DNA from: Vicugna vicugna
Lineage: Eukaryota
Assembly (NCBI GenBank): GCA_013265495.1
Contig: MU057887.1
Location: 2,265,576-2,329,575 of the forward strand
Direction of reading: 5' to 3'
Length of the DNA: 64,000 nucleotides
Program-made: the position numbers and the translations under genes
Notes under the pieces: model-generated
Databases searched by the model: none
What the model was told of the DNA's origin: nothing
Seen by the model: only the letters and a program-made list of their open reading frames with translations
Part shown: piece after piece, positions 23,057-35,619 of the stretch
How positions within the stretch are numbered: the stretch's first letter is position 1
How the letters are laid out: each line of letters begins with the position of its first letter

Positions 23057-25634
23057 CCCCCCAGGGCCGCCATCTCTTCTCTTCCGAAGTTTGGAAAACA
23101 CTAACCCTCGTCCCCTCTTTGCTGGGACGTGACGGCGTCAGGTCTTTGTGGCCAGGGCGCACCTTCCTTTGAAAGGGGACTGTCCTGCAGGCACCTGGCT
23201 GTTTGCTCCACACTTGTCACTCCCTGACGAGGTGGACCCCCGTGACCAGTGCTCCCACAATGGTGCAGGCCAGCTAGAAGCAGCAGGGCCAGGGCTGGGG
23301 GGTGGATGCCACTCAAGTGTTGCATCAGAGTAGAGGGGAGCCCCCCACTTCCTCCCACCCTGAGCCTGTCCTCGCCAGCACCCCACCCTCCCACGTGAGG
23401 GTCCACAGGTCCACGGTGGCTCGGGTGTCCTCTTTGTGGCCTTGTGGGACTTCATCAGAGACCAAGCTGATGGGAACCCAGGTCTCCTGACCCCCCGCCT
23501 TTCCTTCATTCCTTCATGTTCAGACCACAGAAGGTGGGGCTCCCCTTCCTCCAAAGTGAGAGCCCTGCCGAGTCAAGGAGAGTGTGTTTGGGAAACGAAT
23601 TCTTGTAAGGAATTTGGCGTGGACTGTACTCATGGCCGCTGTCAGAACTACCACTGCCTTCCTCCTCCACCCGCTGCCCCGAGCCCCGCTAGCAATCTTC
23701 CCAGGACAGACGCCTTGCTTCCTTGTGCTCCGTCCCCTGGGGCTCTCCCAGCACAGAAGATGCTACCTTCTGTAACCTACTGTCCTGGCATCCCGACAGC
23801 TCCAGCATCTATCCAAAATCACAAATGGCCACCTACGGGGTAAAGGTGTCAGTTACCACAAGGACTGGGGCAGCCGCTGGTGGGGGCTCCAGCCATCAGG
23901 GGCTCACAGACCAGCCCCAGGGCTGGACCAGTCGGGAGAGCAGGCACGCAAGACGTGGTGGATATACTGTCCGTCCCCTCCCCATAAAAGAGCAGGCAGA
24001 TTTAGCAGGACCTGTGCTCAGCCTGCTGACTCTGACCTGTAGATGCCTTTGCCCCCCAGCGGCCCCCCAGCTGGCAGGCACTCACTGTCCACTTGAAGAC
24101 CTATTCTTTTGAGAGCTTTCATATGCATCTTCCCATTTCAAGCTCCGAATAGTCTTGGAGGGTGTGTCAGGTGGCCGTGATCATCCTGAGCCTGGAGAGG
24201 AGGAGCCTGAGGGCCCAGGGGGACCCGTGGTCTGCCTGGAGCTACGCAGCCCTGAAGGAGCCGGGCTGCAGGCCGTCTCCTGTTACTTTTCCCTATCGCA
24301 GAGAATTCACCACAATCTCTGCCCAGAGGAATAGGCTGCTGTCTGAGGCAACGCTCCTTGGAAGAGTCCAGAGGAGCAGGGTGCGGGGGCGTCTCAGTGC
24401 CCCCGCCCCACGAGTGACGGGTGGGGCCCTGGCGCCTGGAGGGAGGGTGGAGGGCACGTTCCTGGTTCCTGGTTCCCGGGAGCTGTCGGGGGCCCTCGAT
24501 GCGCAGTGAGAAGGCTCCGTGGTGCCTTGTCCCCCATGAAGGATGGTCCACGGTGAATGCGTCTCACAGCCGCGTGGGTCAGAGTGACTTCGGGGACCTC
24601 ACCTCTGTCCTGCTCCGAGCAGGCAGCATGTAAACTGTGCTTCTGGTGGCCCCCTGGAGAGGGGTGACAACGCGGGGCGCCTGCTGCGTGTTAGCGGCGT
24701 GGAGAGGTCCCGACAGCGAGGGGGGCGCGTGCAGGTGCCAACAGCGCCGAGGGAGCCGCAGAAAGGGTGCGTTTCCCCGCGTTCCCCCCCGCCTTCCCTT
24801 CCAGGTCCACAGAGTTTTGTTCTTCTCGGTTGTGAGAGGGAGAGAATGAGGGAATTATTTGAGAAGGTTTTCTGAAAACTCATCTACACAGGTGGCCAGG
24901 AGCTGACCTGTTGGGCTGACAGATGAGCAGCTCGAGTCACAAAGACGCCTAAGTGACATTTTTGTGAGAGTTATTTCCAGGAGGGTCACTGTTGGTGAAT
25001 TGCAAGGGCAAACTAACACTAGGTGTTTGGTCTCTGAGAAAACACAGCCCAGAGGTCCAGCCCAGGGCCCCGAGCAGGGAAGGTTTTCATTTTCCGGGGT
25101 CACCGAGAGATAAACACATCTGACTCTCCAAGTCATAACGGGCCCCGGTGTCCTGTGCAGGAGGGACACCAGGCTGACCTCGGGGAACAAAGCTCGGCCA
25201 GCACGGCCCTCCTCTTCCAGGGCCAGACGGCACGGGTGGGACCCACACCCTTTAGATCTTGTGGGTCGGATTCCAAGTCTCCCGGATGCCCCCTAAGTCT
25301 GAGACCCAAGCTCCGGATTTTCCTTCTGCGATCTGGCCAGAAGGATGCTGTGGGGCTGGGGAGTGAGCTGAGGAATGAGGTCATGACCCTGTACTCACTG
25401 CCCTCAGTTTCCACGTCTGAAAGTGGGAACGTGGTAACTCTGTTGCTCTGTTGTGACCTATTCATTGGCTCTAAGGTGTCACCGATTGTCACTGATTGCA
25501 AGACAAAAGCCCCCCCATTGTACCTACACATGATACGCTCCTGTCTCCTAGAACCAGTGTGCACATGATAGATTTTTATCCTTCACCATTGTGCGTTCAT
25601 AAAACAGAAGTGAAGTCAATTGGCTAATGTGTTT

Positions 25635-25990
25635 ATATTCGCTTCCAGTCAGTGTTGTAACAAATCATCACACATTTGTTATCTTACGATTCTGCAGGTA
25701 AGACATTCAATGTGGGTGTCACCAGGCAAAACTCAAGGTGTTGGTTGGTAGGACTGGTTCGTCCCCGAGGGTCTCGGGAGCGTCCACTCCTTTGCTGTTT
25801 CCAGCCTCTCGAGGCGGCCGGATTCCTTGGCTCATGGCCCCTTCCCCCAACATCAAAGCCAGCCAAAGGCGCTATTCAGGGTCAACTGAGATGCATCCTT
25901 ACTCCCTCCTTGTCATGTGACGTAGCGTGGTCATAGGTTCTGAAGAGTAAGACGTGGACATCTTTGGAGGTCACCATCTGACCAGCCACT
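25635..25990 (-). mobile_element. MaLR LTR, MLT1D/E-like
   Basis: GTTGTAACAAATCATCACA, ATTCCTTGGCTCATGGCCCCTTCC, GACGTGGACATCTTTGG. Confidence 0.75.
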
Positions 25991-26179
25991 CTAGTATTCT
26001 TAACCCTGCGTCATGCTTGCAGCCTGAGTCTCCGGAACTTTTCAATTAAGAATCACCTGTACTGCTGATCTTCCCCGGCCCGTCCTCCTCCATCCACCGC
26101 AAGCGCCCGTGCAGTGTGCCTCAGGGACTGACCCACGGGGGGTCCAGGGTTCCTTCCAGGGCACTGCACCCACTCGGCA

Positions 26180-26300
26180 AGCCTCCGTGCACACGCCCAG
26201 GCAATGCCCACTGTGACAAGACCACAGCCGTGACAAAGTACGTCCGATTTCAGAGATGTTCAAATGTGAGCAAAGAATCTTCCTAGAACTGCTGAAACGG
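26180..26300 (-). mobile_element. Tc2-type DNA transposon end (Kanga1/MER104-like)
   Basis: Reverse complement reads ...TCACATTTGAACATCTCTGAAATCGG...CATTGCCTGGGCGTGTGC, resembling the Kanga/MER104 terminus. Confidence 0.5.
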
Positions 26301-26344
26301 CATTCTTTTATATTACAGACACTTAGTATCGGAAAGTACTTAAT

Positions 26345-26520
26345 GCACACTACTACACGTACGGCAAGTAAACAGCACGGTCCTCTGCGCAGCACAGGGA
26401 ACTCTATTCAGTGCCTTGTAATAGCTTAAAATGAAAAAGAGTGTGAAAAGGAACACGTCTGTGTGCACCAGAAATGAACACAACGTTGTAAATCGACTAT
26501 ACTTCAATGAAATAATTTAA
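26345..26520 (+). mobile_element. Short artiodactyl-type L1 3' end
   Basis: GCACAGGGAACTCTATTCA...ACACAACGTTGTAAATCGACTATACTTCAAT, colinear with 27690-27870. Confidence 0.85.
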
Positions 26521-27167
26521 TTTTTAAAAATCTATTGTTTCAAACTCACACAGCTAAATAAATGCAAGGGAAATCAAAAAAAAAAATGAGAAAGTGCTGG
26601 GTAAGTGGTATTCCATCATAGTGCAAACTCCATGAGGATAATGTCACCTCCTCTGTGGCCGATGCTGGGTCGCCAGGACCTAGAAGACTGTCTGGAACAA
26701 AGCAGATGGTCACTTGCTGAATGAGTGAATGGATGAATGAGTAAGTCCACAGAACTATAACTATCGGTATTATTCAGAGAAGAGTTACTATGCATCATTA
26801 AGGGTGAAGTGAGATCACATTGCCACGTTGTCTGCGTAAAGGAAGCCCTTGAAAAAGAAATGGTTCCTCCTCCTCTTGCCTCCCAGACAGCAGGACGGGG
26901 TGAGTGACCCTCGCGGCCCCCAGCCCCTCATCTGAGTGGGTCGTGGGGGGTGCACGGATGGCTGCGCAGGTGGATGGATAGCTGTCATCATAAAGAAGCA
27001 GTAGTTGTTGGGGCCTCGCACGTCTGTGGTGCTTTTGGTGGGTCCTCCCACACCAAGGGTCATGCTCTGTGTGTTTCACCTGCCTGGGACTCTGGGTGTC
27101 ATAGTAACACATCTTCCTGGGAATAAAGGCTCACAGCGGCCACCCTGAGATGAAACCTGAAACATCC

Positions 27168-27888
27168 TGAACTGGTGCAGCCACTGCAGAAAACAGTGTG
27201 GAGGGTCCCAAAAAACTGAAAATAGAGCCACCATGTGACCCAGCAATTCCACTCCTGGGTACATACCTGCCTAAAATCCCACAAAACATTGATTCAAAAA
27301 GATACGTGCACCCCAGTGTTCACAGCAGCACTATATACAGTAGCCAAGACATGGAAGCAACCTTAATGTTTATCAACGGAGGACTGGATAAAGAAGTCGT
27401 GGTATATTTATGCAATGGAATACTATACAGCCATAAAACAGTAATGCCATCTGCAGCGACATTGGACCTGGAGATCGTCATTCTAAGTGAAGTAAGCGAA
27501 AGAGAAAGAAAAAAACCATGTAATATCACTCATATGTGGAATCTAAAGAAAAAAAACACAAACGAACTTATTTTCAAAACAGAAACAGACTCACAGACAT
27601 AGGAAATAAACTTACAGTTATCAGCCGGGAAAGGGGATGGGAGGAGATAAATTGGGAGTCCAAGATTTGCAGATACTAACTAGTATACATAAAATAGATA
27701 AACCACAAGTTTCTACTGTACAGCACAGGGAATTACTATCTTCAATATCTTGCAGTAACCTATAAAGAAAAAGAACATGAAAACCAATATATGGATGTGT
27801 ATGTATGACCGAAACAGGGTGCTGTGCACCGGGAATTTACCCAATCTTGTAAACTGACTATACTTCAATAAAAAAAAGTTTAAAAAAA
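27168..27888 (+). mobile_element. 5'-truncated L1 (ORF2 C-terminus, 3' UTR, poly(A)), relatively young
   Basis: ORF 27198-27602 encodes KKLKIEPPCDPAIPLLG (L1 ORF2 C-terminal LKIELPYDPAIPLLG motif). Ends TATACTTCAATAAAAAAAA. Confidence 0.93.
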
Positions 27889-30800
27889 GAGCACCTTTGA
27901 AGATGAGGGCAGAGAAAGACCTCAGAGCAGCTGAAGGGTGGCTGAGGATCAACAAGAAGCCCAGACTTAATTGCAGGACAACATATTAAATTCAGCTCTT
28001 TATTTTTAGAACGTCATTTTGGGGCCAAAACCTTGAACACCAATGAAGGAAACCACTCGCGCCTCCAAGAGGGCGATGACCTTCAAAAGTCTTTTTCCAG
28101 GGGGAAGAAATTTAATTTAATCTTGTCTTCTCATATTTGTTCATGTTGGATTACATTAAATGAGTTATTTTTAATCATTGTTCATAAATCACAGCCAGGG
28201 TGTGCCCCGAGGCGCAGGGCATTTGCATAAAAATATTAATTGCTGCTGTCTCTCCTTTTGGGTTCATGGGAAATTAGATGGATGGGCAGCAAACGGCGGG
28301 TGCAGGGGTGTGGGTGTCGGATGAGGCGAGGACGGGAAGGGGGAAGTGTCCTCCCTGATAGCCTTGTTCAGCTCACAGCGTGTGATGCAGAACTGTGGGA
28401 TCCTTCTCAGATGTCTCCTCCACCAAGAAGTCCACCCTGATTTCTCCAGGCCGAGTTATTCTTCCCTCTTCTGTTACCCGTGAGCCATGAACAGCCTCTC
28501 TTAGGAAACTTGAATGTTCTCCGTAGTTCATTCACCCATGGCCATGTCCTCGCTTGGACCAGGAGCTCCCTGCCTGTCACACAGGGCAGAGGAGAGCCCT
28601 GCTTGCCTGACAGACTGAACACAGGGAGGGTCTGGGGAGAGTCCCCTTGGTCTGCTGCACAGGCTGCCCCCAGGGTCAGGGTGCACTTCATAGAAGTTCA
28701 CTGAACCAGCGTCCAGAGAATGCTTTCTATCCAACTTCTCCTCATGTATTTAGGCTTCTTTTTCCCTAAGTTTAGGCCCATATTTGGATTTGGCTCGAAT
28801 TTGAAATCCTCATCATTGCAGAGAAGATGCCCCGTGCTCTGTCCCTCCCAGGTGCACCCCAGCGTCCTGAAGTCTGGGGCTCGTGCCGGCTCCTCCTCCT
28901 TCCTCGGCTCTCAGCTGCACCCCGCCCGTTCCTGCCTCCCGCTCTCCCTCTGTCCTCGTGTTTGGCTGTGGTTTTGTGGGTTTTGTGGTTGTGCTATTTG
29001 GAAAGAGCCTTCACGTGCAAGCTCTCGCTCTCATAGCCTCGCCCCTCTGGCCTCCTCCCAGCCTCTCCCTGCCACCTCGACGTCTCCACCCAGATGTGGT
29101 CAGAACAGCCGCCGCTGAGCCTTCCTGACCCCCATGCGGGGACAGACACACTCCTGCCTTAGCGTCACTCACCCATGCATCTATTCACTCGTCGGGCAGC
29201 AATGGTGCCACTTTAAGTGCTAAGGACCACGCTGGACGCTGGACTGATGTCACCACACGGCGGATGGGTGTTGGGACGGGGGACATGCAGGACACTGGGA
29301 GGTTCTCACTCTGCTTAGCTGTCTCCCTTGGGTGCTGAGAGACCTTCCATCTCGTCTCTGTTCCCTGGTGCAAATCACATGCTCTGGGGCATCAGATGCT
29401 CCCCCAGAGTCCAGGGACCTTCCTCCCGACTCCCGCGGAAGCCCCGGCATTCCCAGCTCTGAAGTGCCGCAGGGTTGCTGAGAACTGTGCCGACGTGAAG
29501 CGAGCTGAGTTAGGGCACATCCCCGCCGGGCGCTGGTGCCCCTCTGTTAAAGTACGTTTGAAAAATTCTGAGCCCAACAGGTGCCTCCCCTGAAGGGCTT
29601 CTCTGAGCTTCCAGGATGCTTGGTGTGCCCTGGGTCCCACAAGGGGTGCAGAGACGGCACGTTTCCTGGTTTTGCTGTTTATGTGACTCATGGCACTTGC
29701 TTTGGTATTGTGTCTTGTAGGACCAGTCTAACGGGACAGTGCAAAGCAGAGGGTCCACCAGGCAGGACACACGGTGAGTCCAGGCCAGCAGGGAGCCCTG
29801 GAGGTGTGCGCCCCCATCTCTTGGATTCTGCCTGCACCTCCGTGGTGAAGGTTAGAAAACGAAGGTGCAGGGAGGCCCAGACACCTGCTGTCATAAGGGT
29901 GAGGCTGTGGGGCGCCCATATCTTGTCCCTGTGTCTTAACCACGTGGCCCCTGAACACCACGGGTTGGACTTTGTCAACCTTCCGAGAGAGCGACTCACT
30001 GGGCCCTGCTGCTCAGAGAGAAGCGAGCACATCGGATGGAATCTCTGATGTTCCCTCGTAATGAACTCCCTTCACTGAAAACAGGCATTCGCCCACAGCC
30101 CTGGGCCGAGCCCGAGGCCCCTGTTCGAACGCGGAGGGCAGCCTGCTGTCCGATGGTTCCCGGTGGCTATTTCCGCCTCCACTGTTCCCCTCCACTGTAT
30201 TGCTCTTCAAGACCAACGTGCACAGTGGGAACCACAGCGACACGTGCGCCTGTGCTGGGCGTCGGGCTGACAGCGTGTCTGTCCGGGACTGCAGGTCACA
30301 AGGAAGGAAAGGCCCAGGAGGAGGTGGTATGGGACTGTCTGGGCTGCATCCGCGCGCCTGCCGTCCGGGAGCTCAAAGCCTGACCTGCAGCGCTGCCCCA
30401 TGTGCGCGGTGCGAATCGATGCCCCCGCCCACTGTGGCTGAGCTTAAGTGTCCATCGCGGCATCAGCAAACCTTGCGGGTGGCTCTCCCCGCCGGGCCGG
30501 GACCAGCCAGCCCAGCGCCCACCAGACGTGTCTCAGGTCGTGTCTCCTGGCTTCTCATTCCTTGTCTTTATTCATTTACGCGCTTTTGCGGGGTGGGGGA
30601 GGCACAGCTCGGGGGCGCAGTGACGGTGTTGCAACTGGGAGCGCGTTGCCAAGGTGCAGACAGCCTTGAGGTGCAAGGTGCCTCGCCAACCAGCTAGACA
30701 GTCTGACCTGTGTTCTAGAAGCTTGTGAGAGCGTCGGTGGAAGATCCTGTTGACAGTAAACACAGGTGTGGAGCCAGAAAGGCTTTGCTTAGAGCAGATT

Positions 30801-32379
30801 CACAGCACCCCCGTGAGACCCCGGGTGGGAAGCAGGGAGTGGCTGAACTTGGCCAAGACCACGAGGGTCCCAAGCAGCAGATACTCCACTTTTGCTCTAT
30901 TTCAATTCTGTAATTCTATTTATGCGCTCCTTTATTCACCCCTTCATCCCTCGTTGGAGTCCTGCCGTCCACCAGGCGCTGTGTTAGGCACATGACTGGT
31001 CGCTGGGGAGAGCAGACAGGACCCCTTCCATTTAGCGGGTCCTGGGGCTTGGTTTTCCCGCCCTGGAGCCTCCCGCATTTAGAGCACCCGGGTTACAGGG
31101 TGAGTTTAAGGGGGAGATGCCCTGATGATGAATGAACCTTACAAACATAGTGCTGACATCACCATGAACGATCCACGTGTTCTTTGATCACATCCACATC
31201 ACAGAGGTAGACAAGCCCTGGTGGGCATTTTGCCTTGCTTTGCATCTGATTCTGCTCAGACCACTCGGTCTCCTGTCGGCACCTCTCCAGATCCCCGGAG
31301 GCAGATGGCCAAGCTGGCCCTCGACGCCTGTGTGGTCCAGGCTGACCAGAAGGTGTCCGCATTTCTCGGCTTGCTGGTTGTTCCGGCACACCTGGGCCCG
31401 GTGCACAGAGGCAGACGTACTGCCCTCAAAAACCCAGGCTAAGAGGAGAAGGCAAAGGCCGTTGGGGCGGGAGGAGTGGCCCCAGCCCGGAGAGACGCTG
31501 CGTCCGCGACATCAGTAGAAAGGAAACAGGGGACACCGCAGCCTCCACACACAACCCAGCCTGAGACGGGCCGGCGCGCGGCACAGCTGAGTGGCCCAGG
31601 CGTGCGGGTGGGAACGAGGTCTCATTTCTGGAGGGAGCGCCAATCCCGCTGCCCGAGGCGGCAGGTCACAGCCAGCGGCTTGCCCTGGGCACGGCACAGG
31701 CTCCCGGAGGGCCACAGAGGCAGATGGGAAAACCCGGGACGCTGGGCAGCGCCCTCCAAACCAGGCTGAGTGGATGCAGGAGGGTTCGAAGTCTGAGACT
31801 TCCGGTTCCAGGGGCGGAGAGCAGCAGAGGCCGTTCCTCCAGCTCGTGTGGAAAGAAGAGCTGAGTCCGACGGGCTGAGCCAGCCTCGGCCCCAGGGCAG
31901 GGCAGCCCCTCCGCCTCCGGGCCGCCAGGCGCAGTCCTGGACAGAGATGGACTACAGCCGAAGCACGGCCCCAGGCCTGTGTGTTCTGATCAGTGTTTCA
32001 GGTAGATTGAGGCAGCCGCTGTGGCAGGGCTGGAAGAAGACAGGCTTGGAAAGGAGGAGCAGGGTGCAGGTCTCGCAAAGCCCTGGGGCAGCTGGTTCCT
32101 CCTGTGTCCCACAGGTGGGGGTAGGGAGGAGGCCTGGGAACACAGCGAGCCCCCCAGACACCCCAGGGCACTTACGGGCTGGGACGGTGGAAAGAAACAC
32201 GGGAGGAAGGTCATTTTCTCTGGTCTCCTGCCCCAAACACTGTGGAGTCTGAAACACTCCGAGGAAAGAACCTGGCGACAGCAGGAGGGGCGTGGGGAGG
32301 GGTGCCTGTGGGTGGTCTGGAGCAGCCGAAGCCCCAGTTCCTCTCTGCTCAGCTCAGGAGCCCGGATCAAAGGTCCCGT

Positions 32380-34620
32380 TCGGCCCCCAGAGCCACTCGC
32401 GGAGACACGACGCCACGGGCGCGGCCGCGTGTCGGAGCCAGTTCCGGGGTTCGACACACACGACCTTGCTGGGTGTCCGTCCTCTGGCCCTGGAAGTGCC
32501 TTTTGTTTCTCCAGGCTGAGCAAGGAAACCGTGTGATGAAATGATCATCATGATAATTAACCCCTTTGAGCAGGGGAGTCAAGAAAACATGCAAGGACCC
32601 TACGTTAACTGCAATAATATTTAGGACTGGAAAAAAGGCGCTCACCGCTGCAGCCGGCCGGGGCGGGCCCGCTTCCTCTCCCTGGGCTCCGGGTGCTGTG
32701 CGGTCGGAGCCGCTCCGCGGGAAGCACGGCGGCGTTAATCACCTGCGCTCCCGCTGGCGCCGGGCACGCCCGGGTCCCCCAGGCTGTGCCCGTCTCCCCG
32801 CCCTCTTCCTGGTCGACGCGATTACACTGGTGATGAGTCAGACAGGGTTTTCTGCAGGCATTACATTTTCAGTAAACAGACCCAGATTAACAGCTACTTG
32901 TGACATTTCACTCTGGGGATCGAATCCTAAGCCGTTTCCGTGTAAACAGCTCTCCTTCTCTGCTTTTAATGAGCGGATATTTATTCTTGTTGTTGTGCTG
33001 TTGTGGAAGCAGAGTGAGACGCAGATGCCCTGCTCCTCCGGGCTCCCCAGCCACGCGCTCCGTCCCCGGTGGGGCGGGGGAAGCATGATTACCTCTGCGA
33101 AGCAAAGTCGAAAGCGCCTGAATTTTCCGTAATTCAGCGAACCAAGGCGCACACCTGAGGCCCCTCCTCCGCGGAGATGCTGCGTTTTAACGACGACGCT
33201 CTCGCCTGTTCTAATGCCTTCGTCGGGGCAACGCGGGCCTCACCGGAACCTGACTTGGGGCCCGGTCTTGGCACTGTTCTTGGTGGTGTGCGGTGGTCTG
33301 GGGGCACGCGTCTCTCCGCGTGGCCCTGCTGGTGGCAGCACCGCGCTGGGCGCTACCCAGGATGGCTGCACGGCCCGGCGGTGAGAGGGCCGGGGGCGCA
33401 CAGCGGCCGCCGTGAGCCCGCGCCCGCTCCCCGCGGGGCAGTGACGCGCTCGCAGCTCGTTTCCTGCGGCGCCGCCACACCCGGGCGAGGCTGGCTGTCC
33501 ACGGGCGTGGGGACCGGCTTCCGGACTCTGCTTGGGTTCTGAAGCATCTCAGACGACGGGTCAGAATCGCCTCTCCCCCCTTGAAGGGGGGAAGTGGAAA
33601 GTTTCCTGTCGTGTCTTAATGGGTCTGTTCAGGTCTCCACGAAGGGCGGGCAGCCGGGAGAGGTGCTGGCGGCGCCACGATGAGGACGAGGCGGGGGACG
33701 TCTGCCGGGGCACGCGGCACGTCTGACAGTCTCGTGGAGCCCTGCTCCCTCTCAAGCACTGGTCCTGACAAGGGGCGGCCTTGCAGAGGGCCTCGGCCCA
33801 CGTGGACAGGACCGCAGGTGGGGGCGGCACCGTTAGGAAGTGGGGAGGGGAGGGCCGGCGAGGTGGGAGCCCCTGGGGGGGGCGGGGGGAGCGCCCGCCA
33901 CAGCGCGGGGCGGAGCCGGGCGCACTGCGCACGCGCGGGGCTGATCGCGGGGGAGCGTGGGAGCCAGCGCAGAGCGCGCTCCCCCGTCAGGAGCGTGGAC
34001 GTGGTTCGGAAACTGGGACCGCAGCAGAGAAATGGGGGACAGGGAAGAGCGTTGGAAAAAAGAAGGAAAATGGGATCGATCCAGGACGCCAAACCTCCCG
34101 ACCTAGGTTTCAGAGGAGAAACTGTCTCAGGGGAGGAAGGAAATGAGCAGAGAGGTAATTGGGGCAGGTCTCCCGGCGCCAAGGCCCTGAGGCCCCATCA
34201 CCGAAATGCCTCTTGACCCAGGGAGGAGGTGCCCGGGGCTCGGTGCTTCAGCTGCCTGGCTCAGGGACGCCCCTGCCCCGGGAGAGGAGGTGCTGGGGAT
34301 GGAGGGAGCGGGCGGTGGAGGCGGGAGGAATACCCCTGGGTGGGGGGAATGGCCCTCCCACCCTCCGGTGCGCACGGCGCCCTCCTCTGGCCACAGCGAC
34401 AGCAGCCGGGGGCAGGGGGCCGATTCACAGCCGGCTGGCGTCACGGCTGGGGGAGCGGGCAGGCGGCAGCCAGGCAGAGTGGAGCTGCTGATCCCAGCCA
34501 CCTCTCTGCTCCCCGGCTGATTGCAGGGGCCGCCTGGGTCGCAGCGGACGGTACGCGCAGCAGCGTGCCCAGCTGTGGCGCTGGGGTCGCCCTGCTCCGA
34601 CGGGCAGCTCCTCCTCTCCT
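32380..34620. promoter_or_regulatory. CpG island (possible promoter or orphan CGI)
   Basis: Very high GC with dense CG and CGCG (e.g. 32640-32820, 33290-33530, 33880-33990), GC boxes, and no recognisable repeat. Confidence 0.7.
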
Positions 34621-34779
34621 GCAGGGGTCGTTTCTTTTAAGATTATGGAAATTTATCTCCGCTAGTACTTCTTCTTCTTTATTTTTCTTTGCGGAAGGAA
34701 AAAAACATTAGACTTTCTCATTCTCTCATCCAGAGACGATTTTGAACGGCGGTAAAAATGCATGAGCAGTAAGAAGACG

Positions 34780-34935
34780 GCCGGGTTTAAATCTAGTTTC
34801 GAAAAGGCCCTCGCTGGGTGACCCTGGGCAAGCTCCTTACAGTCTCCGTCTTCCTGAAGTCCCACCCGTAAGATGAGGGTGACATTAGCACTTTGCAGGT
34901 TTGGTGTGAGGATTAAATGCGTGACACTGACCAGT
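34780..34935 (+). mobile_element. MIR SINE fragment
   Basis: GGGTTTAAATCT...GGGTGACCCTGGGCAAG...GTGAGGATTAAATG core. Confidence 0.7.
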
Positions 34936-35456
34936 TTAAAAGCTGTATAAATCCTGCCTGCTGTTGCCGTTGGGTGTGAATATTGACTCTCGCCTGTTCA
35001 ACCCCCGTGTTCTAGCCGCTCCGAGCCGCACTTGCGGTGTTCCATCAGATGCAGCCTCTAGGTTTGTATTCCAGAGTCATAGTTCTTTTTTTCTTTGTTT
35101 TTGACGCTATTTGATTCACTTTTAAACACATGTTAACTTTTTATTTAAAACTGTTTTTTCTCATTTATAAAGGTTTCTTTTTAAATGTTTGATTAATGTA
35201 TTTCTTTGCAAACTTCACTTCAGTAAATTGCACAAACCTAATGCCTGGGGAACTTTTAAGAGCAAATGCACGTGGAGCTGCAGTCTGGATCAAGATCCGG
35301 AGCGTTACCAGCACCTCAGGGGCCTCCTGACTGTCCTCCCCGCCACGGCCTCTGAGGATGTGCACCTGGCATTCTCCACCTTCCAGACAGGGCGAGAAGG
35401 CTGGCTGCTTTCTGACCCTGGTCCCATGCTTAAAATACTAACCAAAGAATTGGTAT

Positions 35457-35587
35457 GAGGGGTGGGGACAGCTCAGTGGCAGGGCACGTGCCTAGCACGC
35501 ACAAGGTCCTGGGTTCACTCCCCAGTGCCGCCATTAAATAAACAAATGAGTAAACAAACCTAATTAACTCCCCCATGAGAAGCAAAT
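35457..35587 (+). mobile_element. tRNA-derived camelid SINE (Vic-1-like)
   Basis: A box CAGCTCAGTGG, B-box-like GGTTCACTCC, tail AAACCTAATTAACTCCCCC. TSD AATTGGTAT at 35448-35456 and 35588-35596. Confidence 0.88.
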
Positions 35588-35619
35588 AATTGGTATAAAC
35601 CAGCCCCTGTAGATCAGCG

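Noticed and set aside
27198..27602. 134-aa ORF as a host gene
   Set aside because: It is the decayed C-terminus of L1 ORF2. The same applies to ORF 39848-40267.
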